Positions 38,707 through 47,999 are shown, counted from the stretch's first letter. The stretch: DNA of 64,000 nucleotides from an uncultured Chromatiales bacterium (GCA_964388275.1 CAYLZD010000010.1:8023-72022); one strand, 5' to 3'. The notes: generated by a model from the letters alone, not told the origin. Program-made: numbers and translations.

Positions 38707-38824
38707 TAAGAAGCGTACCCGGATCCCGGCTCCCGCTTTCAAAGCGGCGCGGTTTTGCACTGTGCCGCTTCCGCATTATCTTAAATGCAAACATCTGTCG
38801 CACACCTGCACATCGGAGGTTCCC

Positions 38825-39289
38825 ATGCCCGCACAGCGGTTGAAGGAATATCTCGACGACAACGGCGTAAAATATGTCGCCATCAAGCACTCGCCCGCAT
38901 TCACCGCCCAGGAAGTGGCGCAGACGGCTCATATACCGGGCGACGAAATGGCGAAGACCGTCATCATCAGGATTGACGGCGAACCGGCCATGGCTGTTTT
39001 GCCTGCATCCTATCTCGTGGACTTCGAGTCGCTGAAATCCGCGATTGGCGCGTCGTCGGTGTCTCTCGCGACGGAGAGCGAATTCCGGAGTCTCTTCCCA
39101 GAATGCGAGCTCGGAGCGATGCCGCCTTTCGGCAATCTTTACGGCATCGATGTCTACGTCGCCGAACGCCTTGCCTCGGACGAGATGATCGCGTTCAATG
39201 CATGTTCGCATCACGAGGTCTACCGCCTGGCTTACAAGGATTTCGCACGGCTCGTTCAACCGAAAGTCATACGCTTCGCGACGCGCTGA
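38825..39289 (+). CDS. YbaK/ProX-like aminoacyl-tRNA deacylase domain protein.
   Basis: 154 aa. AIKHSPAFTAQEVAQTAHIPGDEMAKTVIIRIDGEPAMAVLPASYLVDF...GAMPPFGNLYG is the YbaK-like editing-domain pattern. GGAGG lies 5 nt upstream. Confidence 0.7.
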   Translation: MPAQRLKEYLDDNGVKYVAIKHSPAFTAQEVAQTAHIPGDEMAKTVIIRIDGEPAMAVLPASYLVDFESLKSAIGASSVSLATESEFRSLFPECELGAMPPFGNLYGIDVYVAERLASDEMIAFNACSHHEVYRLAYKDFARLVQPKVIRFATR

Positions 39290-39369
39290 AATCGTTCCAT
39301 AGGCCGCTGCCGGTTTTCACGAAGTCATCCGGCGGCTTACATTTGGGGACATTCAAGAAGGGTCCACCG

Positions 39370-40305
39370 ATGCCGAGATATTTTACACATTACTGGAACA
39401 ACGCGATCGTCGAGTATGCCATGGACTCGGAAGAGGAGGAGTCGCCGCTCGAGGTTACAGCCGGCGACGGTCTCACCCACTCCGGCGTCGCGGTAGGCGA
39501 CGTCGTTTACATTATCAACGTCTTGAAAGGCGACCTGTTCCTGATCGGGCGCATGCGCGTGGGAGAGATCCTGCGCGGCCGCAGCAGCGCGTGGCGGCGG
39601 TTGAAGCATCGCGCGTGGGCGGCCGAGGAACATCTTGTAGCCGCGCGGGGCTCCGGAACTCCGCAGTATTTCTCGCGCGCCGTGACGGCGGCGGCACTGC
39701 GCAATCTCAGTTTCCTGGATCCCAACGGCCCGGTTCAACCGACATTTTCGGCCGGAGAACGGGTGGAGAAAAGGTCCGTTCGCGGCTTCCGTGAAATCGA
39801 CGATGCTACGGCGCGGCTGTTCGACGAAATCCTTGCGCAGCCCATTTCCGACGATCGAGACTACGACGATGAAGAATACGATGAGACAGAGGACGGCGAC
39901 GGCCTGTCGGACAGCGATCTGAAGGATATTCAGGAAAAATACGACAATGCCGAACTGGTCGAACGCGTCGCGGATGCGGCCGCGGCTGCGACGGCGCGCG
40001 AACTCGAGGCGCAGGGTTACCGCTTCATCGGCAAGACCGATTCCTCCTCCGCTGGTTTCAACCTGCGCTTCCTGGACGGGGAGGACGTGGCGCATGTGAT
40101 AGTGAAGGGCGTCGTAGACAGCGAACCCGCCTTCCTGATCACCGAACGCGAGATCGCCACCCTCGAGTCCGAGCACTCCGCGATGCTTTCAGTTGTTTCA
40201 TCCGCTCTCTCGCGTTCGCCTGCCGTCGCAATCTGGACATCGGAGGATTTCTTCGACGAATTCGCCGTGCGGCCGGTGTTGTATGCCGCCAGGCGTGTGG
40301 ATTGA
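39370..40305 (+). CDS. Hypothetical protein with an N-terminal PUA/EVE-like beta-barrel region, an acidic linker and a C-terminal DUF3883-like domain.
   Basis: The N-terminus is MPRYFTHYWNNAIVEY...GDVVYIINVLKGDLFLIGRMRVGEI. An acidic tract DDRDYDDEEYDETEDGDG follows. The C-terminal GYRFIGKTDSSSAGFNLRFLDGEDVAHVIVKGVVDSEPAFLITEREIA resembles DUF3883 (GxDI...IEVKGT). Confidence 0.5.
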   Translation: MPRYFTHYWNNAIVEYAMDSEEEESPLEVTAGDGLTHSGVAVGDVVYIINVLKGDLFLIGRMRVGEILRGRSSAWRRLKHRAWAAEEHLVAARGSGTPQYFSRAVTAAALRNLSFLDPNGPVQPTFSAGERVEKRSVRGFREIDDATARLFDEILAQPISDDRDYDDEEYDETEDGDGLSDSDLKDIQEKYDNAELVERVADAAAAATARELEAQGYRFIGKTDSSSAGFNLRFLDGEDVAHVIVKGVVDSEPAFLITEREIATLESEHSAMLSVVSSALSRSPAVAIWTSEDFFDEFAVRPVLYAARRVD

Positions 40306-40405
40306 GGCGAAACGACCGGCTTCCGCCTCTCCGGGCACATTCCTGCGCTCGCACCGTAACGGATGCAGGTCTTATATTCGCATGGCACATAGAAAAAGGA
40401 CCGGC

Positions 40406-42289
40406 ATGTTTAAAATTCCAATCTCGATCAGCATCTTCTTCGTGATTTCTCAGTGCGCCGGCGCGGCGCCGAAATCGCTCGCGACGTTCACCCCCGACAA
40501 ACCCGAACGCGGCGCCGTCATCAAGGTCGTATATAATTCCACGCATCCTAAGGCGAAACTTCTCGGCGCCGGGACGGCCACGCTCGAAGTCCTAATCATG
40601 AGGAATGGCGAAGAACCTTTGCTCAAGGAGCTTCCACTCGACCGGAAAAGTTCAGCATGGACCGCATCCTTCAAACTCGAGGAGAGCGAGGCGCTCGTTT
40701 TGCTTTACAGGTTCGTATCGGATGACAAAACCGACGACAACGGACAGAACGTGTGGGCAGCCATGGTGCATGACCGTGGGAAGCCCGTTCGCGGAGCAGG
40801 ACTCAGGATGGCTCAGCTGTTGCGCAGCGGCGGTTGGAGCGATTTTATGCTGAAGAAGAACACTGATGAAGCGAAGAAACTTTTGGCGAACGAAATCCGG
40901 AACCACCCGGACGACTGGGAAGCCCGCGCGGCTTTGTGGTCCATGCGTCTCAGAGAGGAACCGGGAGAGGAGACTCGCCGGCTCATCGCCGAGGAAGTCG
41001 AGAGTGTTTACGCCGCTCACACGGGAGATGAAAAAACAGTGGCCGCCCTGCTGCCCTGGTTCGAGCGGGTAGAAATGAAAGAACGGGCGGAAGCCATACG
41101 CGCAGAGCACATCGGCGCGAATCCGCGCGGGAAAGTGGCCGAGGCATTGTGGCGCGCCGAACTGTCGAAAGAAAAGGACCAGGCGAAACGGATGGGGCTC
41201 ATCGACGGTCTATTGAACCAGTTCGACCTCGCGGAGAAAGACCGCGCTGCGCTGCAGGCGATGTACATAAACGCATGCACGCAGGCCGGGCAATTCGAAA
41301 TGGCGATTCAACTCATCGAAACGGCCCGCATCCCGGATCCGGCTCAGATGAATTCTGTCGCCTGGAAAATGATCGAAAGCGGATTCGACCTGGAACGCGC
41401 GATTGAGATATCCCGCCGCGCGGCGGATTTCGCAAATGCGCCGGAGCCTGAGAGGAAGCCCTCGCACATGAGCGAGAGGGCATGGAAAAAGCAAACCATT
41501 TCACAGCTCGCGGCAATACAACACACGCTCGGCACGGGCCTGTTGAAGGGAGGACGTCCTGAAGAAGCCCTGATGGCCATGGAGGAGGCCTACCGTAACT
41601 CCCGAGGAGAAAACGCGGAAATAACCGAGGGCTACCTTGAAGCGCTGGGCAAATCCGGGCGTCTCACGGAAGTGCCGGACGCCGCGGCCGAAGCAGTGCG
41701 CAAGGGAAAAAGCAGCGAAAAGATCATCGAACTATATCGCGGCGCTTACAAGGAAATACACGGGTCGGAAGACGGATTCGAAGCGGAACTGGCCTCCGCC
41801 CGCGAAAGCGCGCGACTCGCCCTGCGAAAAAAACTCGAAACCGAAAAATTGGATCTGCCGGCGCCGGCCTTTAAACTCAAAGCTCTCGACGGCTCGACGG
41901 TGTCCCTCGCCGATCTGAAAGGGAAAGTCGTGGTCGTAGACTTCTGGGCTACCTGGTGCGGGCCCTGCAAGGCGTCCTTCCCCTCGCTGCAAAAAGTGTA
42001 CGATGCATGGAAGAACGATGGCCGCGTCAGCATACTTGCCCTGAATACATGGGAGAATGAAAAGGGCGAAAAACGGGAAGAGCTTGTCCGGAAGTTCATG
42101 CAGGACAATTCGTACTCCTTCCCCGTGCTGTACGATGAAAGGACCGTGGATGCTTACGGTGTAGCCGGCATACCAACGAAATTCGTAATCGGTCGGGACG
42201 GCCGCGTGCGCTTCAAGAGCGTCGGTTTCAACAGCGCCGGGGAAATGGAAACGGAACTCGACCTCCAGATCCGTATGCTGCTGGAGTAG
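40406..42289 (+). CDS. TlpA/ResA-like thiol:disulfide oxidoreductase (redoxin) with a long N-terminal helical/TPR-like periplasmic domain.
   Basis: The signal peptide is MFKIPISISIFFVISQCAGAAP. The C-terminal thioredoxin fold carries FWATWCGPCKASFP (CxxC) followed by the LNTWENE...YSFPVLYDE pattern. Confidence 0.75.
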   Translation: MFKIPISISIFFVISQCAGAAPKSLATFTPDKPERGAVIKVVYNSTHPKAKLLGAGTATLEVLIMRNGEEPLLKELPLDRKSSAWTASFKLEESEALVLLYRFVSDDKTDDNGQNVWAAMVHDRGKPVRGAGLRMAQLLRSGGWSDFMLKKNTDEAKKLLANEIRNHPDDWEARAALWSMRLREEPGEETRRLIAEEVESVYAAHTGDEKTVAALLPWFERVEMKERAEAIRAEHIGANPRGKVAEALWRAELSKEKDQAKRMGLIDGLLNQFDLAEKDRAALQAMYINACTQAGQFEMAIQLIETARIPDPAQMNSVAWKMIESGFDLERAIEISRRAADFANAPEPERKPSHMSERAWKKQTISQLAAIQHTLGTGLLKGGRPEEALMAMEEAYRNSRGENAEITEGYLEALGKSGRLTEVPDAAAEAVRKGKSSEKIIELYRGAYKEIHGSEDGFEAELASARESARLALRKKLETEKLDLPAPAFKLKALDGSTVSLADLKGKVVVVDFWATWCGPCKASFPSLQKVYDAWKNDGRVSILALNTWENEKGEKREELVRKFMQDNSYSFPVLYDERTVDAYGVAGIPTKFVIGRDGRVRFKSVGFNSAGEMETELDLQIRMLLE

Positions 42290-42314
42290 ACGCGGCGGAA
42301 CGAGACGTCCCGGA

Positions 42315-43172
42315 TCAGCCGCGGTAGTTTCTTAAACTGCCCTCGGCGATGGCTATCACCTTGTCCCGCAGCGCCTCCGGCGAGATCACGGCGACCCCCT
42401 CTCCGCGGCTCACGACCCAGGTGGCTATTTCATCGAGCGAGTTCACGGTGGTCTCGAAAATCACACCGCCGTCCCTTTCCTCGCCGACAATCTGCGACTC
42501 GAAAAGCAGATGCGGTTTGAGACGCTTCACCCATGTCGCCGACAGGCGTATCCGCACCCTGTGCGTTTCCGTGCCTATCCAACTCCTGAACGAGTGCCTG
42601 AACATCGCGTCCCTTTCCTCCGACGTCGGTGGAGCGAAGGTCTTCGCAGTGGCCCGGGCGTCCTGTATTTTATTGAGGTGATACTGTTTGATGATCCCGT
42701 CGTTGACTGCCAGCACGCGCCACAGCCCTTCGCTTTGAAAAAGCATCAACGGGCATATGGCGCGGTTCCGCTCCGTCTCGCCTGCTTCCTTCTCGTAATC
42801 GATCACGACCATCCTTGAGTCCTCGACGCAGCGCTGCAATGTGACCACGAGCGTGAGGGCGCGGTTTCGGAGCCGGCGCACCATGGCTGCGGTGGCTTTG
42901 TCCACCATCTTGTCGGATACCGTCATGCCGAGGTACTGCATAATGTATTCCTGAAGCCGCTTATTGTCGGGCTGTGTCGAGACCTGCACGCCGCGGCCCC
43001 TGCTCGAGTGTATGTCTATTCCTGCGGCCCTGAGCTCTTTCAGGTCGCGTTTTATGGTCAATTCCTCGCAACCGAACATGTCCGCCAGCTCGACGATCGA
43101 AGGCCCTTTCTTGCCAGGGCAGAGCCCGAGAATTTCTATTTGCCTCTTGAATTTGGACAGTTGTTCGAGCAT
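42315..43172 (-). CDS. WYL domain-containing transcriptional regulator (N-terminal DeoR/HTH_11-like wHTH, then WYL, then a WCX-like C-terminus).
   Basis: The HTH is SIVELADMFGCEELTIKRDLKELRAAGI. The WYL-like core is RAICPLMLFQSEGLWRVLAVNDGIIKQYHLNKIQDARATAKTF, matching R.i.P........yl.a.......r.frl.RI......F. Confidence 0.75.
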   Translation of the reverse strand: MLEQLSKFKRQIEILGLCPGKKGPSIVELADMFGCEELTIKRDLKELRAAGIDIHSSRGRGVQVSTQPDNKRLQEYIMQYLGMTVSDKMVDKATAAMVRRLRNRALTLVVTLQRCVEDSRMVVIDYEKEAGETERNRAICPLMLFQSEGLWRVLAVNDGIIKQYHLNKIQDARATAKTFAPPTSEERDAMFRHSFRSWIGTETHRVRIRLSATWVKRLKPHLLFESQIVGEERDGGVIFETTVNSLDEIATWVVSRGEGVAVISPEALRDKVIAIAEGSLRNYRG

Positions 43173-43341
43173 GCCTACCCCGCTGAATGTTCTTGATAAT
43201 GCCGGCTGAAACGGGGTTCACTTCCGGTCCGCGTTGCCGGGATCCGATAAACATTTGTACGGATTGAAAAAGTATCATCGGATGATACCGATAGGAGAGT
43301 CGCGGACCCGTAGATTGCCGGGGAATAAAAAGGAGGAACGC

Positions 43342-44268
43342 ATGAACATCACGCCCGTCGATTTCCGTTGCATCCGCGCTCTCGGTGTGGCGCAGTTCTC
43401 TACGGAATCGCACGACACTTTTCAATATATCAGCGTCGGCGTTGCGATGAAAGACGAACTGATCAAATTGCGCGAAGTCGGGGACGCCGGAAGCGTCAAC
43501 CACATCCTGGTGCTCAACGATTCGGAGTTGCCGGTGTTCATAATGGACGGCGATATACTCCTGGGCGCAAAACAGAATCGAGTGGTCAACACATCCATCC
43601 TCCTGACGCCGAAATCGAAGACGACCATTCCGGTGAGCTGCATAGAAAGCGGCCGCTGGCGGAACGTGTCGCCTTTCTTCAGCCCGTCGTATTTCGCCGC
43701 CCCGATGTCCCTGCGGTCCTCCAAGTCCAGACAGGTGTCGGACAATCTGTACCGCCGCCGCGGGCATACTTCGGATCAGGGCATGATATGGAACATGGTG
43801 TCCGAACTGCACGAAACGCATAAGACCAGTTCTCCCACCGAATCTCTCAGCGATCTTTTTGACAGCCGGGAAAGCGAGTTCACGTCCTTCGTGGAGGGAT
43901 TCACCGCCTCGGCTGACGCCAACGCCCTTGCGATTTTCGAGGGACATGAACTGCTCTCCTTGGACATATTCAACCGCAGGGAAGTTTACGCGGAGTATTT
44001 CGGAAAAATTCTGCGCGGCGCGGCGGTGGACTTGTATTCGGCTAAACGGGAAGGAGCGGCGCCGGGAGAGGCGGAGGCGTTCTATAAAGCCGCGGAGAAT
44101 CTGGACACGCTCGAAGCCCTGCCGCGCGACACCCACGCGGGCGTCTCGATGGGCACTGAACATCGCTTCTCCGATGACGCGCGGGTCGGCTTCTCGCTGT
44201 ACTGCGAAGAGCACCTGATTCACTTCAGCGCAGTCCGCAATGAAAAGGACAAACACATCTGCTCGTGA
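43342..44268 (+). CDS. Conserved hypothetical cytoplasmic protein (309 aa), divergently transcribed from the WYL regulator.
   Basis: A perfect SD AGGAGG lies 5 nt upstream. No signal peptide. A conserved-looking block reads HILVLNDSELPVFIMDGDILLGAKQNRVVNTSILLTPKSKTTIPVSCIESGRW. I cannot assign a family by eye. Confidence 0.7.
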   Translation: MNITPVDFRCIRALGVAQFSTESHDTFQYISVGVAMKDELIKLREVGDAGSVNHILVLNDSELPVFIMDGDILLGAKQNRVVNTSILLTPKSKTTIPVSCIESGRWRNVSPFFSPSYFAAPMSLRSSKSRQVSDNLYRRRGHTSDQGMIWNMVSELHETHKTSSPTESLSDLFDSRESEFTSFVEGFTASADANALAIFEGHELLSLDIFNRREVYAEYFGKILRGAAVDLYSAKREGAAPGEAEAFYKAAENLDTLEALPRDTHAGVSMGTEHRFSDDARVGFSLYCEEHLIHFSAVRNEKDKHICS

Positions 44269-44329
44269 CCGGGACTTCCGTCAGTCCGGCCGCAGCTCCG
44301 GCGGGGAGGCAACGGAGCGGCTCGGCCGG

Positions 44330-44420
44330 GTTCACGAACCGGCCCGCGTTTCCCGTGAACTTTCACAACATGTTTGTGAATCGAATTCACGCACCGACAT
44401 CCGTGAACCGGTCCTGCCGG
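44330..44420. promoter_or_regulatory. Cluster of GTGAA/TTCAC-type palindromes in a 525-bp untranslated gap upstream of the membrane-protein operon.
   Basis: GGTTC-ACG-AACC, GTGAA-CT-TTCAC, GTGAAT-CGA-ATTCAC and a further CCGTGAACCGG lie within about 80 bp (cccgtgaactttcacaacatgtttgtgaatcgaattcacgcaccgacatccgtgaaccgg). Confidence 0.3.
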
Positions 44421-44794
44421 ACGGTTCCGGATAAAAAAGGGAATTCCGCATCAGTTTCGGATGTTAATATGGATATAGACCGGACTTCAATTGGCACGCT
44501 TATTGGAGTTAAATATTCAGACACAGGAATTCCGGCGGATTTTCGGTACACGATTACGGACGCCACGAAGCCGGCCGGGCCATTTCTCAACAAAGACGAG
44601 AGTCTCATGAAAACTTGACACTTCCCGATACTGCAGCCGCATTGCGGTGCGGGAGCGGCGCGCGAAGCGTCGTATCGAACCCGGGATGCGCGGAGAGCGG
44701 CTCCCCGGCATCCGACAACCGCTGAACGACCGGCGCCCGGCAAGGGCGACCGGGGAAACAGATCCCGGAATGCAGTATCAAAAAGGAGGTCGTC

Positions 44795-45655
44795 ATGAAA
44801 ATCCTACCCGCCGCGTTTGCGGTATTGCTCTGTTGCGCAGCGGCAGCCGCGCAGCAAACCGAGACGCTTCCGACACTCAAAGCCCGCATAGCCGCCGAAC
44901 AGCCGCGGCGCGACCTCAGCCGCCTGAACGTGGATGAACTCGAACGGCTTCAGGCCTCGCCCGGCGGCGTGTCCGGCAATCTCTGGTCGCCGGAATTCGT
45001 CCTCAAAGTCGGCTCCTCCACTTTCATTGTGAACATGAGGCGGATCTCCGCCGTCGCGGCCGTCTGCGCGGCTGTAGTGCTGCTGTATTTCACTCCGCTC
45101 GGATTCGTGCTTTTCAGAGGACGCGCCCATACGCTGCTCGGGAACATACTCGCCGGCACGGGCCTGGCCCGCGAATTCGGCGAACACTTGAAACGTGAAC
45201 CCAAGCTGTGCCTTTCCCGCGCCGGCGGCGCACGCATGGCGTTCGTCATGTACATGCGCTCGCATTTCATCGCCGAGTATAAAAACAACGTGACCGCCGC
45301 CGCGTTTCTCGGAACAGCCTTCCTCATCATGGTGATCGGACTTCGCGGGATCAAATTTCTGACTCCGCATCAACCCGATCTGGTGATCATCGCCATCATG
45401 GTGGAAATGTCGGTGCTGTGCCTGCTTGGCCTGACGACTTGGTATGAGAAGTCCGGCTCGCCTGCCGGCACGACGGCCGTCGCAGTGGAAACAATCGGCG
45501 AGCTGAGCTTCGATCAGTTCAAGCAAACTCTGCTGCAGTTCATCGACGAGTGGGAGACCCGGCAGCGCGCCGCGCAGGGACCCGGCGCGGCGACGGCCGG
45601 ATTCACCGGACGCTCGACATCGGATTTGTTCGGGTCCGGGAGGGAACGGTCATGA
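44795..45655 (+). CDS. Membrane protein with ExbB/TolQ/GldL-like topology (TM1, a cytoplasmic loop, then a TM2-TM3 hairpin) and a Glu inside the last helix.
   Basis: Hydrophobic segments are 4-19 (signal-like), 85-107, about 165-182 and about 194-214. The last helix is IIAIMVEMSVLCLLGLTTW, with an embedded acidic residue. Its stop overlaps the next gene's ATG (ATGA). Confidence 0.6.
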   Translation: MKILPAAFAVLLCCAAAAAQQTETLPTLKARIAAEQPRRDLSRLNVDELERLQASPGGVSGNLWSPEFVLKVGSSTFIVNMRRISAVAAVCAAVVLLYFTPLGFVLFRGRAHTLLGNILAGTGLAREFGEHLKREPKLCLSRAGGARMAFVMYMRSHFIAEYKNNVTAAAFLGTAFLIMVIGLRGIKFLTPHQPDLVIIAIMVEMSVLCLLGLTTWYEKSGSPAGTTAVAVETIGELSFDQFKQTLLQFIDEWETRQRAAQGPGAATAGFTGRSTSDLFGSGRERS

Positions 45656-47121
45656 ACGCCCCGGCTGCTTCGAGGTATCAGGTGTATTTCTTCCTGTATC
45701 TCGCCGTCATCTGCGAATTGCTCATCATCATCGTCGAACGCGATGACGCGGAGTCGATTCTTCTCCGCGAACAGATCCGCCTGAAAACCCTGAACGAAAA
45801 AGTTCTTCACGAACTTGTCAACAGCCTGCCCACCGCGGCTGCCGCAGGGAGCACTATGATGAAAACCGGCGAGACCCGGACCTTCACGTTCACGATCTCC
45901 GGTCTCAATACGGCGGATGAGGTGACCACGGGACCTTATGTGCGCGTGCTGCGCGGCGGCGATACGGTGATGCGTCTCGCGTATCCGGCCACCATACGAG
46001 ATTCGGTGCTGAGAGACGAGCACGGGCGCCGTATCTTTGCTTTTGAATTCAGCGCTCCCGCGCCGGGGAGCTACCGCTTCGTCGGACAGACGGGCACGGA
46101 TTTCGTAAACGTGGTCAACCAGGATTCGATTAAAATCGGACACATGCTGATTTCCATCAGGGATTTCGAGTCGATCACTCAACGGCCGATGGAGGACTTC
46201 CTCAAACAAGGGGAGGATATAAGCAGCAGCATGACCGTGGAAGTCGTATCCGACCTGGATCCACTCGTCCTGCGTGTGCCGAACGTTGAAACCGCCGCCG
46301 GATATGAAGCCGCCGCGCCGGTGCAAGTTTCCGGCACGACGTTCGACAGGGTCAGCGCCTTTGCCGACATCGGCGCTGTCGGCGTCCGCGAAGGCGGTTT
46401 GCTATGGACCGGCTCCTTCAGCGAGGCCGGCGTTTATACCGTCACAGTCAGCGCCCGCGACAACAGGGGCGCGGGCGCGCGGAGTTCGGCATCCACCTCT
46501 TTCACGGTGACCGTGCGTGACGGAGCGGCCGGCCGAATTCCCGCTTCAGTCTACGCCAACGAGACGTTTCGCTTCAACGTGTCGGTGACCGGACTGCCGC
46601 GCGTCAACCTCTACAGCTGGAGGATAACGCAGGGCGACCGGACGCTGGAATCCGGAGACGGTCCCGTAGTCGAATACAAGCCCGCCGGGACGGGCCGTCT
46701 CACCGTGCACGCCGCCTATGACGGAAAGCCCTATGCTGTAAAGGGAGGTGCTCCCTCCGTTTTCAACCTGGCCGTGGAAGCCGTTCCTTACCGGATTGAC
46801 GAAAGGTCGTTCGCGAATGGCGGTGAATATCCAATATCGCATAAATTCGAAGTTGAGATCTCGCGTTACGGAAGACGGCCGAGCGAGTACTCGATGCCGG
46901 TGCAGCCGGGCGAAATCCGCATAGACGCGGAGGACGAAAACGGCAGAAACCTGCTGGAAGGTCTGGATGTGCGAACGGTTTCGGATCGCACTATCGCCGC
47001 ATTCCACCTGCGCGGGATAGTGCGTGGAGACGGCATGCCGGTCGATATCAGAGTCGCGGCAGGTCCTGTCGTGCAGCACTATAAGATCACACTGTACAAA
47101 GATGAAGGAGTGAACAAGTGA
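45652..47121 (+). CDS. Single-pass membrane protein with a large Ig-like periplasmic domain, GldM/PorM-like or ExbD/TolR-like, with an acidic residue in the TM helix.
   Basis: The N-terminus SRYQVYFFLYLAVICELLIIIVERDD aligns by eye with GldM PRQKMINLMYLVFIAML; both share the R and the YL.(V/A)(F/V) pattern. The helix contains Glu (CELL). The periplasmic part has Ig-like repeats (YTVTVSARDN...SFTVTV). GGAGGG SD. It is coupled to its neighbours by ATGA and GTGA overlaps. Confidence 0.6.
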   Translation: MNAPAASRYQVYFFLYLAVICELLIIIVERDDAESILLREQIRLKTLNEKVLHELVNSLPTAAAAGSTMMKTGETRTFTFTISGLNTADEVTTGPYVRVLRGGDTVMRLAYPATIRDSVLRDEHGRRIFAFEFSAPAPGSYRFVGQTGTDFVNVVNQDSIKIGHMLISIRDFESITQRPMEDFLKQGEDISSSMTVEVVSDLDPLVLRVPNVETAAGYEAAAPVQVSGTTFDRVSAFADIGAVGVREGGLLWTGSFSEAGVYTVTVSARDNRGAGARSSASTSFTVTVRDGAAGRIPASVYANETFRFNVSVTGLPRVNLYSWRITQGDRTLESGDGPVVEYKPAGTGRLTVHAAYDGKPYAVKGGAPSVFNLAVEAVPYRIDERSFANGGEYPISHKFEVEISRYGRRPSEYSMPVQPGEIRIDAEDENGRNLLEGLDVRTVSDRTIAAFHLRGIVRGDGMPVDIRVAAGPVVQHYKITLYKDEGVNK

Positions 47122-47999
47122 CGGGTCCGGATTTCCAGAGGACTGCGGCGCTCGCATGTCCGAGCGCGGCCGGAAACGCGGATGCGGCGGGAAGCGGACG
47201 CGTGTTTCCGCCGCGTCCGGTATTGTTCTCGCGCGGATGCGTGGCATTTCTGATATTGGCGGCCGTCGCGACGGCGGCCGCCGAATCGACTGCGCAGACG
47301 CTGCCTCCATGTTCCGCGGGCCTTCTCTCTCCGTCACGCGTCCGCGCCGCGTATTCGAAGAAGGACACCACGCTCAGGAGACTGTGCGCAGAGGCCGCTG
47401 TTGCATACCCCCCGCGTTCGGTTTTTCTGCGCATTTTCAAATACGAGGGTCAGCTTGGAGAACTTGAACTGTGGGCAGGCGACGGCGGGGGATACAAGCT
47501 TCTCGCCACGGTCCCTGTCTGCGGCTCATCGGGAGGACCCGGACCGAAATCCTCCGAAGGGGACGGGCAAATCCCCGAAGGCTTCTATCGAATTGCGCGC
47601 TTCAACCCCTGGAGCAGTTATCATCTTTCCATGAAAATCGACTATCCCAACGCGGCGGACCGCGCCCGCCTCGGAAGAACCCGCGGCCTCGGCGGCGACA
47701 TCTTCATACACGGTGAATGCGTTACGATCGGCTGCATCACCCTCTCCACCGACGACATAAAACTCGTTTATCTGGCCTGCGCTCTGGCGTACTGCAACCG
47801 CGGAAGTGCCATCCAGGTCCACATTTTTCCGGCGCGGATGGACGGCGACCGCTATCGCGTGCTGCGACAGCAGTTGATGGATGACAAGGAACTGCTCAGA
47901 TTCTGGGACAACCTCGAAGAAGGGCACAAGGCGTTCGAGAGCACGCGGAGGATTCCGAGAATTACGGCGGGCAGGAATGGGAGGTATGTGGTCGGGTGA
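47118..47999 (+). CDS. L,D-transpeptidase (YkuD-like) domain protein; GTG start overlapping the upstream stop.
   Basis: The catalytic motif is GGDIFIHGECVTIGCITLS (H...G.C). A hydrophobic N-terminal anchor is present. Confidence 0.7.
   Translation: MTGPDFQRTAALACPSAAGNADAAGSGRVFPPRPVLFSRGCVAFLILAAVATAAAESTAQTLPPCSAGLLSPSRVRAAYSKKDTTLRRLCAEAAVAYPPRSVFLRIFKYEGQLGELELWAGDGGGYKLLATVPVCGSSGGPGPKSSEGDGQIPEGFYRIARFNPWSSYHLSMKIDYPNAADRARLGRTRGLGGDIFIHGECVTIGCITLSTDDIKLVYLACALAYCNRGSAIQVHIFPARMDGDRYRVLRQQLMDDKELLRFWDNLEEGHKAFESTRRIPRITAGRNGRYVVG

Noticed and set aside
44795-47121. Calling the two membrane proteins outright gldL and gldM
   Set aside because: Only a short N-terminal motif resembles GldM and the first protein has 3 TM helices rather than GldL's 2. 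There is no flanking gldK or gldN. They are kept as a GldLM/ExbBD-like hypothesis, not a gene-symbol call.
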